DNA of 64,000 bases. It comes from Nitrospinaceae bacterium. GTDB lineage: Bacteria; Nitrospinota; Nitrospinia; Nitrospinales; Nitrospinaceae. Where the stretch lies: assembly GCA_965237905.1 (NCBI GenBank), contig OZ250172.1, forward strand, positions 3,022,608 to 3,086,607, given 5' to 3'. Shown here in pieces: positions 10,141-19,003 of this stretch (positions are counted from its first letter, which is position 1; each line of letters starts with the position of its first letter). The notes beneath the pieces are model-generated. The model ran no database searches. It saw nothing but the letters and a program-made list of their open reading frames with translations, and was not told the origin of the DNA. The position numbers and the translations under genes are program-made.

Positions 10141-11832
10141 ATGTTGGCAATGACCGACACCTACAAGCTTTTCCGGGTCCGATGGTTGTTTTTGAAAAAT
10201 CATTTTGTTCATCCCGCCACTGACAAGTGGAGCCGATGGGTATTGATCGGAATCCTCGGGAGTCTTTTCTTCGCTGCCAATTATGCTTTCTTTTACCGGA
10301 TGATCCGGTATCTGGATGAACTGCCCTTTAGGGTCGGAGAGGAACTGATCTTTCAACTGCTGAACGTGATATTTCTCACTCTGTTCGTAATGGTTTTGTT
10401 CTCCGCCATCATCGCTTCGTTGTCCATTTACTATATTTCTTCAGATCTGGATTTCCTGCACTCACAGCCGGTAAGCAAAGATTCTATTGTTCGCGTGCGT
10501 TTCGTTCAAACCCTCATCAACGCGTCCTGGGTGGTGCTGATTTTTGCCTTCCCCATTTTTCTGGCCTATGGATATTACTTTGATGTGAATTTGGGATACT
10601 ACTTTTATCTTCTGGCAAGCCTGCCGCCTTTTGTGGTGATCCCCACTCTGTTAGGCATTATCGGAATTATGGTATTGATGTGGTTTTTCCCTACGGACAA
10701 AGCCTATCAGATCTTGTCCTTCATGGGATTGTTCTTTCTGGCATGGATGATTATCTTTTTCCGTTTTTTATCGCCGGAAAAGTTTTTTGACAAGAAAGTT
10801 TCCGACGAAGCGATCATTGCTTTTGTGGAAAGCCTCAAAATGCCGGAATTCGGGTTTCACCCCAGCAGTTGGATGACGATTGGAGTGTCCAGCTGGTCCG
10901 AGCAACAAACGGGCACCGCTTTGTGGCAATTGTTCTACCTGTATGCGGCCGCTGTGGTTTTGAGTGGAGTTTTCTGGTGGATCAGCCGGAAAATCTATTT
11001 TGCAAGTTGGCGCTCCTATCAAGAGGTCAAAAGCGCTCCACGAGATAAAGTCCAAAAGGGAGGGCCCAAAAAATCATTTTGGTTGAGTGTTTTGCCTTTC
11101 TCGTCCGGACAAAAGGGATTACTCCAAAAAGATCTCATTGTCTTCTCGCGGGATCCATCCTATTGGTCACAGTTGTTTATTCTGGCGGCGTTGGTGGCGG
11201 TTTATATTTTGAATATCGTCAACCTGCCACTGGAAAATATCGTTTTGAAAAATGTGGTTTCCATTTTGAATGTGGGGATGATTGGTTTTGTTCTTTCGGC
11301 CCTTGCGTCCCGGTTTGTATTCTCCACCACCAGCCTGGAAGGGAATAAGATGTGGACCGTCTACACCTCGCCGTTAAAAATGGAAAGCTTTCTGATCGGT
11401 AAATTTTTAATGTACTTTCCCCCACTCTTGCTCATTGGAGAATTTCTGGTGATTGTTTCCAACATTCTGCTTCAGGTCGATGCCTATGTCATGCGGATTT
11501 CCATCCTGGGGATTCTGTTTATAACCGTCGGTGTGGTGGGAATGGCAGTCGGTATGGGAGCCATGTATCCCAAATTTGATTATGAAAACATTTCGGAAAT
11601 ATCCGGCGGAACCGGCGCCATTCTGTTCGTTATCTCCAGCCTGATTTATGTGGGAGTGGTCATTGTTTTAGGGGCCCGTCCCATGTACGTCCACTTTAAG
11701 CAGATCTATGTGGGCGGAGTGGCCGATTTCGAGGTCATCGGTTTTTATATCCTCATCATTGCGCTTTCATTTTATGTAGCGATTGTGCCCATGCGCCGGG
11801 GAATCCACGCTCTTAAGGTAAGGGATTTTTAG
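10141..11832 (+). CDS. Putative ABC-2 type transporter permease
   Basis: Many TM helices; SSDLDFLHSQP, KDLIVFSRD, SLEG, YPKFDYEN; exact start uncertain (10126/10141/10150). Confidence 0.8.
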   Translation: MLAMTDTYKLFRVRWLFLKNHFVHPATDKWSRWVLIGILGSLFFAANYAFFYRMIRYLDELPFRVGEELIFQLLNVIFLTLFVMVLFSAIIASLSIYYISSDLDFLHSQPVSKDSIVRVRFVQTLINASWVVLIFAFPIFLAYGYYFDVNLGYYFYLLASLPPFVVIPTLLGIIGIMVLMWFFPTDKAYQILSFMGLFFLAWMIIFFRFLSPEKFFDKKVSDEAIIAFVESLKMPEFGFHPSSWMTIGVSSWSEQQTGTALWQLFYLYAAAVVLSGVFWWISRKIYFASWRSYQEVKSAPRDKVQKGGPKKSFWLSVLPFSSGQKGLLQKDLIVFSRDPSYWSQLFILAALVAVYILNIVNLPLENIVLKNVVSILNVGMIGFVLSALASRFVFSTTSLEGNKMWTVYTSPLKMESFLIGKFLMYFPPLLLIGEFLVIVSNILLQVDAYVMRISILGILFITVGVVGMAVGMGAMYPKFDYENISEISGGTGAILFVISSLIYVGVVIVLGARPMYVHFKQIYVGGVADFEVIGFYILIIALSFYVAIVPMRRGIHALKVRDF

Positions 11833-11872
11833 AAGTCTTGGGAATTTCGCCATTCTTTGATATAAAAAAGAG

Positions 11873-13168
11873 ATGATGGAGTTATTCCCGGAATATGAAA
11901 AACCAACCGATGGGCCCCCGCCTCCCCTGGCCGACCGCATGCGGCCTGAATCCTGGGAAGACCTGCTCGGCCATGAACACCTGATTGGCGAAAAAAGCCC
12001 GCTCCGCCGGTTGATCGAAAAGGATGCCGGACTGTCTTTTATTTTATGGGGACCGCCGGGAGCCGGCAAAACCACCATCGCCCGCATCGTGGCCCGCATC
12101 ACCCAAAGCGAGTTTCATGAAATCAGTGCCGTGAATGCCGGTGTCGCGGACATCCGGAAAATCATCGAACGTGCCAAAGGCAGTTGGGCGCAATCCAAAC
12201 GCCGCACGGTTCTGTTCATCGACGAAATTCACCGCTTCAACAAGTCCCAGCAGGACGCCGTTCTGCCTTATGTCGAGAACGGAACCATCCGCCTGATCGG
12301 TTCCACCACCGAAAATCCTTCGTTTGAAGTCATCCCCGCATTGCGTTCCCGGTGCCAGGTGTTCCGTTTGGGATACCTCACCGCCGATCAAATTCGCCAC
12401 ATCATTGAACGGGCTTTACAGGACGAAGTTCGCGGCTTGGGGGGTATCCCGGTTACTTTTGATGAGGCGGCGGTGGATTTGATCATCAGCCATGCCAATG
12501 GCGATGCGCGCCGTGCGTTGAATGTGTTGGAAGCCGCGGTGATGTATCAGAAGGAACGCAATGCAGAACTACCCCCGCCGGTGTCGGCGGCGCCGGTGGG
12601 ACAGTCGGTGATTGAGGGCATCATCCAACGGACGGCCGTTTTGTACGACAAGGATGGGACCGAGCATTACGATCACGCGTCCGCTTTTCAGAAAAGTATG
12701 CGGGGGTCGGATGCCGACGCCGCCGTTTACTGGCTGGCCAAGATGATCGCCGGCGGCGAAGACCCAAGATTCATCGCCCGCCGCCTGGTCGTCACGGCGG
12801 CAGAGGATGTGGGGCTGGCCGATCCCATGGCACTGGTGCTCGCCAATGCGGCCTTCGATGTGGTGGAACGTATCGGCTTGCCCGAAGCGAGAATCCCACT
12901 GGCGCAGGCGGTCATCTATGTCGCGCGGGCGCCGAAAGACAATACCGCCATCAAAGCCATCGACTCGGCTTTGAGCGACGTTGAGAAAAAAGGCCAGTCG
13001 TTTCCCGTCCCTAACCACCTCAGGGATGCCCATTATAAAGACGCCAAAAAATACGGCTACGGCACCGACTACAAATATCCCCATAATTATCCCGGTCACA
13101 CAGTGGAACAGGAATACCTTCCCGCCGAACTGAAAGGCAAAAAATATGTGCCCCGTGACGATAAATAA
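11873..13168 (+). CDS. rarA: Replication-associated recombination protein A (MgsA/RarA)
   Basis: PLADRMRP, GPPGAGKTT, FIDEIHRFNKSQQD, KSMRGSD, VPNHLRDAHY. Confidence 0.97.
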   Translation: MMELFPEYEKPTDGPPPPLADRMRPESWEDLLGHEHLIGEKSPLRRLIEKDAGLSFILWGPPGAGKTTIARIVARITQSEFHEISAVNAGVADIRKIIERAKGSWAQSKRRTVLFIDEIHRFNKSQQDAVLPYVENGTIRLIGSTTENPSFEVIPALRSRCQVFRLGYLTADQIRHIIERALQDEVRGLGGIPVTFDEAAVDLIISHANGDARRALNVLEAAVMYQKERNAELPPPVSAAPVGQSVIEGIIQRTAVLYDKDGTEHYDHASAFQKSMRGSDADAAVYWLAKMIAGGEDPRFIARRLVVTAAEDVGLADPMALVLANAAFDVVERIGLPEARIPLAQAVIYVARAPKDNTAIKAIDSALSDVEKKGQSFPVPNHLRDAHYKDAKKYGYGTDYKYPHNYPGHTVEQEYLPAELKGKKYVPRDDK

Positions 13169-13212
13169 TTGATAGTGACCGGAAACGCCTTTTGCCAGTC
13201 GCACCTCGGAGC

Positions 13213-13758
13213 TTAACCATCTGATTTGAGCTGATCATTCGCAAGCCTCCGAGCTGAATCAATCTGCTCTTCTGTCATGTGGGCTTCGAGTCTTGGGATA
13301 GCGCCAGCAGCCTGCAAAAAGCCCTGAGCATTCGCAAGGACAAGCCACATATACGCCTCAACAATCCTACTCTCTTGTTCTTCCAACGGGCGGTTATCTT
13401 GACCAGCCATGAAGTCACCCGCCAGAATAGCGCAGAGAGCATATCGAGCTTGATCTATTCCCTGCTCTGCGGCCTTTCTATACCATTCTTCTGCGGCTTG
13501 ATCGTCTGGTGCTACCAAACCGCTACCTGTCTCGTAACATACCCCGAGATTATATTGTGCAACCGCGTTGCCGCGCTTTGCTGCCTCACTAAAAATCTTA
13601 AGTGCGGTGGAAAGGTTTCCATCGTCAAAGGCAACAAATGCTTCTTCCAATCCGTGTTCCTCTATCAGATTATTTCTTACCACATGGTATGGATTCGTGA
13701 GCGAGCCAAATATTTGGGCCAGCCAGTAGGTAAATTTTCTGCGGAGTTTTAGAAACAT
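13213..13758 (-). CDS. Sel1-like repeat protein
   Basis: GNAVAQYNLGVCYETGSG...WYRKAAEQG, EAYMW...AQG; ATG 13758 preferred over TTG 13893. Confidence 0.85.
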   Translation of the reverse strand: MFLKLRRKFTYWLAQIFGSLTNPYHVVRNNLIEEHGLEEAFVAFDDGNLSTALKIFSEAAKRGNAVAQYNLGVCYETGSGLVAPDDQAAEEWYRKAAEQGIDQARYALCAILAGDFMAGQDNRPLEEQESRIVEAYMWLVLANAQGFLQAAGAIPRLEAHMTEEQIDSARRLANDQLKSDG

Positions 13759-13852
13759 AGATTTCTGCCTTAAAAAATAAAGGGCTGATTTATCTTTTTT
13801 CGTAACATCACGAGATAAAATATAAATGGTTAGCCTAAACCATACCAAAGAA

Positions 13853-13881
13853 TTGACATTTTCGGCAAGCTGAAATAGAGT
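13853..13881 (+). promoter_or_regulatory. Candidate sigma70 promoter inside the islet
   Basis: TTGACA-N17-TAGAGT, followed by AGGAGG at 13905-13910. Confidence 0.5.
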
Positions 13882-14003
13882 GAGTCTATCCAAATATCCA
13901 TAATAGGAGGGCTTACCGTGAAAAGGTTAATCCGTGTTCTTGCTGTTCCGCTTTTGCGCAAGCAACATTATCAACAGATTGATAAAGTGAAGGGAGAAAG
14001 CAA

Positions 14004-14321
14004 ATGGCTGATGACCAGATACTAAGCCAAGAAATAATTGTAAAATCAAATTTGGGTCAGGTACTGAAGATTTGGTGGTGGTTGACTTGGAGACTGTTTT
14101 TAACTTTATTGGCTATTGTGTTTGTAATGTCATTTATTGGAACGACGTTGTTTCGTTTGTACCAACTTGATTACCAAAATGCCATCAGCACTTATGGTGG
14201 AGGTTTGTTGTTTCACCTAAGTGCCTTCTATTTTGTAAGGCAATTATTTACTCGTGGAAAGTTTAAAGATTTCTCAATTGTATTGGTAGCGACCAAGCGC
14301 AAGCCTGAAGAATTGATCTAG
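14004..14321 (+). CDS. Hypothetical membrane protein (2 TM)
   Basis: GGGAG upstream; KIWWWLTWR plus two hydrophobic segments, ending FKDFSIVLV. Confidence 0.75.
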   Translation: MADDQILSQEIIVKSNLGQVLKIWWWLTWRLFLTLLAIVFVMSFIGTTLFRLYQLDYQNAISTYGGGLLFHLSAFYFVRQLFTRGKFKDFSIVLVATKRKPEELI

Positions 14322-14497
14322 AATGTTTATAGAGTCTTCAAGACCATGAATTATGACCCTTTTCATTCCCCTACAGATGCTTAAAATGCTTCTGGAACAT
14401 GACGCTGATTCAGCTGCAACTTAAGTCCCACCGTAAATAAAAGTATTACTCCAAAAGATGGAAGATAATTGATACAATTCCCCGTTTCGGAACCTTC

Positions 14498-14573
14498 CAA
14501 GTTAAAGAAAATTGAAAATGGCGCAGAGAACACAATTTACGGACGTTGAATCCATTTTTGAGGGCCGCCTGCG
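14498..14573 (+). repeat. 76-bp direct repeat, copy 1 (5' end of LRR gene, truncated)
   Basis: 72/76 identical to 15279-15354 by manual alignment; encodes MAQRTQFTDVESIFEGRLR then ETQH-stop. Confidence 0.95.
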
Positions 14574-14585
14574 GGAAACCCAGCA

Positions 14586-14615
14586 TTGACAAGTGACAAT
14601 TTACGCTTTACAACT
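14586..14615 (+). promoter_or_regulatory. higBA promoter, probably leaderless transcript
   Basis: TTGACA-N17-TACAAC ending 6 nt before higB ATG 14621; no clear SD. Confidence 0.55.
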
Positions 14616-14620
14616 GAAGA

Positions 14621-14899
14621 ATGATAACGGGTTTTAAGGATCGAAGGCTTAAACGTTTCTACGAAACAGGAGCGCGGGGGAAAATACAGCCCAAGCTTCT
14701 CGACCGCGTAGAATTTATCCTTTCTCTTTTAGATGTAGCAGAAACTCTGGAGGATATAAATGTTCATAGCCTTCATTTGCACCCGCTCAAAGGAGATAAA
14801 AAAGGAATTTGGAGCGTAACAGTCAGAGCCAATTGGCGGATACTATTCCGCTTTGAAAATGGAAAAGCTTCTGACGTTGAAATGACCGACTATCATTAA
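14621..14899 (+). CDS. higB: HigB (RelE superfamily) toxin
   Basis: MITGFKDRRLKRFYE...LHPLKGDKKGIWSVTVRANWRILFRF...TDYH; upstream of antitoxin. Confidence 0.92.
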   Translation: MITGFKDRRLKRFYETGARGKIQPKLLDRVEFILSLLDVAETLEDINVHSLHLHPLKGDKKGIWSVTVRANWRILFRFENGKASDVEMTDYH

Positions 14900-14925
14900 G
14901 AGGAATTAAGTAAGGAGTTATTACA

Positions 14926-15231
14926 ATGCCTATGAAAAAACCACAGCACCCAGGAAAAGCAATCCGCATTTCTTGTTTGGAGCCAAATAATCTAACGGTT
15001 ACAGAAGGGGCTAAGATTTTGGGCGTGACCCGCCAGAACTTGAATAATATCGTCAACGGGAAAAGTGCTGTTTCTCCAGAAATGGCCATTCGGGTTGCGA
15101 AGGCTTTTGGCGGAACCCCAGACGCATGGTACAGAATGCAATCCGCTTATGCCATTGCCCAGGCCAAGAAAAAAGCTGGAAAAATAAAAGTTAAAACCTA
15201 TAAATCCGAAAATATGCAGGTTGGAGTTTGA
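14926..15231 (+). CDS. higA: HigA HTH antitoxin
   Basis: HPGK...LTVTEGAKILGVTRQNLNNIVNGKSAVSPEMAIR...W-x-RMQ; AAGGAG SD. Confidence 0.92.
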   Translation: MPMKKPQHPGKAIRISCLEPNNLTVTEGAKILGVTRQNLNNIVNGKSAVSPEMAIRVAKAFGGTPDAWYRMQSAYAIAQAKKKAGKIKVKTYKSENMQVGV

Positions 15232-15278
15232 AAGTTATTGACTTGACGGTATATGTTCGCTCTATCCGCACACCCATT

Positions 15279-15354
15279 CAAGTTAAAGAAAATTGAACAT
15301 GGCGCAGAGAACACAATTCACGGACGTTGAATCTATTTTTGAGGGCCGTCTGCG
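15279..15354 (+). repeat. 76-bp direct repeat, copy 2 (functional 5' end of LRR gene)
   Basis: Matches 14498-14573 with 4 substitutions. Confidence 0.95.
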
Positions 15355-15787
15355 CGGCAATCAGGCCATGTTGAGCGGCCTCGGGCTGACTCCGGAAGAA
15401 GCCCGGCTCCTGTGGCAGGCTCCGCGACTACAAGAGGTGAGCTGGCTGGATCTGGATGACAATTGTCTGGGCGATGCGGGACTCGGGGAATTGACGGAGT
15501 GCGAACATCTGGAGAATATTCAATATCTCAACCTCAATAAAAATGGAGTGACCGATGCGGGCCTCCAAAAACTCGCGCAGTCGAAGTGCCTGCCCAAACT
15601 GAAACGCCTGCACCTGAAACACAACCCCATCGAAGGACCCGGCGTTATCGCTTTGTTCGAATCGCAAACGCTGGACGGTCTCACCACGTTTCAGGTCAAC
15701 GAGGGATGGACCTGCAAAAAGCGCGAGGGTTGGCGTTACAATCCCCAGCTCCGCTCCGCGAGGTCCGATTATGGACGGGGCGAATAA
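15299..15787 (+). CDS. Leucine-rich repeat protein (ribonuclease-inhibitor-like repeats)
   Basis: LDLDDNCLGDAG, LNLNKNGVTDAG, LHLKHNPIEGPG repeats. Confidence 0.85.
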   Translation: MAQRTQFTDVESIFEGRLRGNQAMLSGLGLTPEEARLLWQAPRLQEVSWLDLDDNCLGDAGLGELTECEHLENIQYLNLNKNGVTDAGLQKLAQSKCLPKLKRLHLKHNPIEGPGVIALFESQTLDGLTTFQVNEGWTCKKREGWRYNPQLRSARSDYGRGE

Positions 15788-15789
15788 AG

Positions 15790-16019
15790 CCCCCTCTTTT
15801 TAAAGAGGGCGGGGGGTGATTTAGCTCCCCTTACAGAGGGGAGGACCAGCGTGACGCTGGACCCAAACTGGGCAAGGCCCGGATCTAATTTTCTCCTCTC
15901 CCCTCACAGGAAGCACCTACGGGGTGACGGGCAGGGTGAGGGGCGGTTTTGAATAGGGTCTACAAATGAAGTATTTTATAATTCCCCCTCACCTTAATCC
16001 TCTCCCCCTGGGGAGAGGA
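15790..16019. repeat. Cluster of REP-like GC-rich palindromes
   Basis: CCCTCTTT-TT-AAAGAGGG (15792-15809), CTCCCCT-TACAG-AGGGGAG (15825-15843), CCCCCTCACCTTAATCCTCTCCCC-CT-GGGGAGAGGA (15984-16019) and an inverted degenerate copy near 15895-15943. Confidence 0.7.
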
Positions 16020-16097
16020 GATATCAAGCGCGTCATCCTGATGCTTGAATCGCTGACTTATGCAAAGCTCTCCTTGGTAAGAAGGAACTCCTGATTT

Positions 16098-17324
16098 ATG
16101 ACTTCTCCTCAATCCACCGAACAAATCCATATTCATATTTCCGGCTCGGACCGGCCCGGTATCCTCGCTGAAGCCCTGGAAGCGATTGTGCGCCACGAAT
16201 GCCTGGTGGTCGATATCAAGCAGTTCGTTTTTAATGGGATGCTGAACCTGTCCATTTTGCTGGAGAGTAAAAACTCGCAGGCTTTGGCGGATCTCCGGGG
16301 TTCCCTGAATACTTATGGGGCGCAGACTGGCATGAAAGTCGTTGCGCATCCCTGGGATTCCGAGCATCGTCCCGAAGCGCCTTACAAACACCGTTTGGTC
16401 GTCACCATCCTGGGGCAAACGCTCGGTCCCGTTCTATTGCAGGAACTCACCCGCACCCTGGCGGACCTGGATATCAATATTGTGCGCATCGAGCAGTTGG
16501 ATTACGGGGATCATCACGTGCTGGAAATTGTGATCGGAGCCCGGCAGGTGATGACCAATGTCGATATTCTGACCGCCCTCCTGCACTTCAAGGAGCATTT
16601 CGATGTGGATATTGCCGTACAGGAGGACACGTTGTTCCGCCGCAACAAGCGGTTGATCGTGTTGGACGCCGATATGACCTTCCTGCAATGCGAAGTGATC
16701 GATGAGATGGGCAAACTGGCGGGGGTGGGGGAGCAGTTGGCGGGCATTACTGAAAAGGTCGTGCATGGCGACATCGACTTCACCATCGCTCTCAAACAAC
16801 GGGTAGCACTGTTGAAGGGGCTGGCGGTTTCTCAACTCGAACAACTTTACGAGAACCTGCCGCTGACTCCTGGCGCGGAGGAGTTGGTTCGCATTCTGCA
16901 ACACCTGAATTACAAAATCGCCATCGTCAGCGGCGGGTTTGAGTTCTTCATTTCTAAGCTTGTGGAAAAGTACCAGCTGGATTACGGTTTTGCCAACCAG
17001 TTGCAGATTCAGGAGGGCAAAGTCACCGGTGAGGTGGAAGGAGAAATCATCGACGCGCAGTCCAAGGAAAAGATTCTTGTCTCCCTGGCCGAACGGGAAG
17101 GGTTTTCCCTGCAACAGGTCGTGGCCGTGGGGGATGGCGCCAACGACATCCACATGCTGGCCAGGGCCGGACTGGGGATCGCCTTCAACGCCAAACCCAT
17201 TGTCCAGCAACACGCCCAGGCTTCTATCAGTATCTACAATCTCGAATTAATTCTTTATTTTTTAGGTATTTCAGGTAAAGAACTTAATGAGTTACGTAAG
17301 GCTATGGAGAAGCCGGGCTCGTAA
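16098..17324 (+). CDS. serB: Phosphoserine phosphatase with ACT domains
   Basis: GSDRPGI ACT domain, LDADMT, EVIDE, VSGGF, AVGDGANDI, AFNAKP. Confidence 0.95.
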   Translation: MTSPQSTEQIHIHISGSDRPGILAEALEAIVRHECLVVDIKQFVFNGMLNLSILLESKNSQALADLRGSLNTYGAQTGMKVVAHPWDSEHRPEAPYKHRLVVTILGQTLGPVLLQELTRTLADLDINIVRIEQLDYGDHHVLEIVIGARQVMTNVDILTALLHFKEHFDVDIAVQEDTLFRRNKRLIVLDADMTFLQCEVIDEMGKLAGVGEQLAGITEKVVHGDIDFTIALKQRVALLKGLAVSQLEQLYENLPLTPGAEELVRILQHLNYKIAIVSGGFEFFISKLVEKYQLDYGFANQLQIQEGKVTGEVEGEIIDAQSKEKILVSLAEREGFSLQQVVAVGDGANDIHMLARAGLGIAFNAKPIVQQHAQASISIYNLELILYFLGISGKELNELRKAMEKPGS

Positions 17325-17349
17325 CAGTTTCCCGTTTCAGCTCCCATCC
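17265..17349 (+). repeat. Imperfect direct repeat, copy 1 (serB 3' end plus remnant 3' end of the convergent dehydrogenase)
   Basis: 71/85 identical to 18919-19003 by manual alignment; similarity decays to about 17376. Confidence 0.9.
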
Positions 17350-17432
17350 CCAGCGGCAATTTTCTCGTCAAATACCTCATTACATGCGATCATTTTAGGG
17401 TACCCATCTGACTCTAAAAAAAGGATTTCCTA

Positions 17433-18167
17433 ATGAAAAGCTCCACCAAGACCAAACTTAACTTGCTTGCTACCTTGTCGTTGACCGTGTGGGTTTTGCT
17501 TATGGCGATGCCAGCCGCTGCCGGGTCGCTTGAGGATGCTGCCCAAGCCTACCAGTCCGGAGATTACAAAAAAGCGTTTAAACTTTTCCAACCACTTGCC
17601 CGGAAGGGCAATGCGGTTGCCCAATATAACTTGGGAGCCATGTATGACAAGGGTCAGGGAATTGCCCAGAATTATACAGAGGCAATCAAGTGGTATCGCA
17701 AAGCCGCCGACCAAGGTGATATTGAGGCTCAATACAACATGGGTGGGATGTATCAAGTGGGTGTAGGGATCGAGAAGGATTTTAAAGAAGCGATCAAGTG
17801 GTACCGTAAAGCTGCGGATCAGGGTTTGGCTGAGGCCCAATACAATGTGGGATTTATGTATTACCAGGGCCAGGGGGTCTCCCGGGATTACGTCACCGCC
17901 GCAAAGTGGTACGGCAAGGCCGCCGATCAGGGTTTGGTCCAAGCTCAATTTAATGTGGGATTGATGTATGACCAGGGCCAGGGGGTTTCCAAGGACCTTG
18001 TGCAGGCTTACCAATGGTTCAGTCTTGCCGCTTCCCGTATGCCGTCAGGACCCTCTCGGGATAAGGTTAACAATTATCTGAATACCCTCCGCAAAAAAAT
18101 GGCTCCCGCCCAGGTGGGCCAAGCTGAGAAACTCGTTAGGGAGTGGAAACCCAACCGTGGGCATTAA
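17433..18167 (+). CDS. Secreted Sel1-like repeat protein
   Basis: Signal peptide ending PAAA; about four AQYNLG-x-MY-x2-G-x-G...KWYRKAADQG repeats. Confidence 0.92.
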   Translation: MKSSTKTKLNLLATLSLTVWVLLMAMPAAAGSLEDAAQAYQSGDYKKAFKLFQPLARKGNAVAQYNLGAMYDKGQGIAQNYTEAIKWYRKAADQGDIEAQYNMGGMYQVGVGIEKDFKEAIKWYRKAADQGLAEAQYNVGFMYYQGQGVSRDYVTAAKWYGKAADQGLVQAQFNVGLMYDQGQGVSKDLVQAYQWFSLAASRMPSGPSRDKVNNYLNTLRKKMAPAQVGQAEKLVREWKPNRGH

Positions 18168-18909
18168 AAGAAAGAAACAGATATTCCGACCGATGCGATC
18201 CAGTCTTTTTTCGCTGTGGATAGTCTTGTTCGTTCTGGGACTGGCGGTGCCGGCCGTTGCCGATTCATTTGACGATGCTTCCGAGGTCTACCGATCCGGC
18301 AATTACAAAAAAGCATTTGAGCTTTTCAAGGCTCTTGCCGATCAAGGTTCAGCGAAAGCCCAATATAACTTGGGGGTTTTTTATGAAGAAGGGAAAGTGG
18401 TTCCCAGGGATTACGCCAAGGCAGTGCAGTGGTACCGCAAGGCCGCCGACCAGGGTTATGCCCCGGCCCAACTCAACCTGGGGCTTATGTATGACCAGGG
18501 CCAGGGTGTTTCTCAGGATTACACCACTGCCGTAAAGTGGTATCGTAAGGCCGCCGATCAGGGTTATCCTCAGGCCCAATACAGTCTGGCTGCAATGTAT
18601 CAATCGGGTGACGGGGTTGCGAAGGATTTCAAAAAAACACTTGAGTGGTACCACAAAGCCGCCGACCAGGGTTATGCCGAGGCTCAATACAACCTGGGGC
18701 TTCTGTATGCACAAGGCGAGGTAATTCGTCAGGATGTTTTCCTGGCTTACAAATGGCTGAGCCTTTCAGTTACTGGATTGCCCCCCGGGAGTGTTCAGGA
18801 TGAAACCAAAAAGCTGTTGGAAGTATTCAGAGAAGTTCTCCCCCCTACCGATTTGGCCCAGGCCGAAAACCTTGTCAGGGAATGGAATGCACAACATAAA
18901 AAGAAGTGA
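18157..18909 (+). CDS. Secreted Sel1-like repeat protein, paralogue
   Basis: Signal peptide ending PAVA; about four Sel1 repeats; same C-terminal AQAE-x-LVREW; start may be ATG 18193. Confidence 0.92.
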   Translation: MGIKRKKQIFRPMRSSLFSLWIVLFVLGLAVPAVADSFDDASEVYRSGNYKKAFELFKALADQGSAKAQYNLGVFYEEGKVVPRDYAKAVQWYRKAADQGYAPAQLNLGLMYDQGQGVSQDYTTAVKWYRKAADQGYPQAQYSLAAMYQSGDGVAKDFKKTLEWYHKAADQGYAEAQYNLGLLYAQGEVIRQDVFLAYKWLSLSVTGLPPGSVQDETKKLLEVFREVLPPTDLAQAENLVREWNAQHKKK

Positions 18910-18918
18910 AAAGTTGAG

Positions 18919-19003
18919 GGTATTTCAGGAAAAGAACTTAAAGAGTTACGTAAAGCTATAGAACGACCGGGCTCGAAAAGATTTCCCGCTTCAGTTCCCA
19001 TCC
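18919..19003 (+). repeat. Imperfect direct repeat, copy 2 (serB 3' remnant overlapping dehydrogenase 3' end)
   Basis: Reads GISGKELKELRKAIERPGS versus serB GISGKELNELRKAMEKPGS. Confidence 0.9.

Larger units (their letters stand above)
13165..14474 (+). mobile_element. AT-rich islet bounded by 10-bp direct repeat ATAATTGATA
   Basis: Identical 10-mers at 13165-13174 (includes rarA stop) and 14465-14474; interior visibly more AT-rich than flanks. Confidence 0.45.

Noticed and set aside
13759..13893. N-terminal extension of the Sel1 ORF from TTG 13893
   Set aside because: Runs through the AT-rich divergent promoter region; ATG 13758 is more plausible.
14353..14424. 23-codon ORF containing KMLLEHDAD, similar to an ankyrin-repeat tail
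   Set aside because: Too short to distinguish from chance; at most a decayed fragment in the islet.
17620..18720. Regularly spaced DNA repeats (GTGGTAYCGYAARGCCGCCGAYCAGGG, about 108-bp period) resembling a CRISPR array
   Set aside because: They are in-frame 36-aa Sel1 repeats inside two ORFs with synonymous variation; no cas genes.
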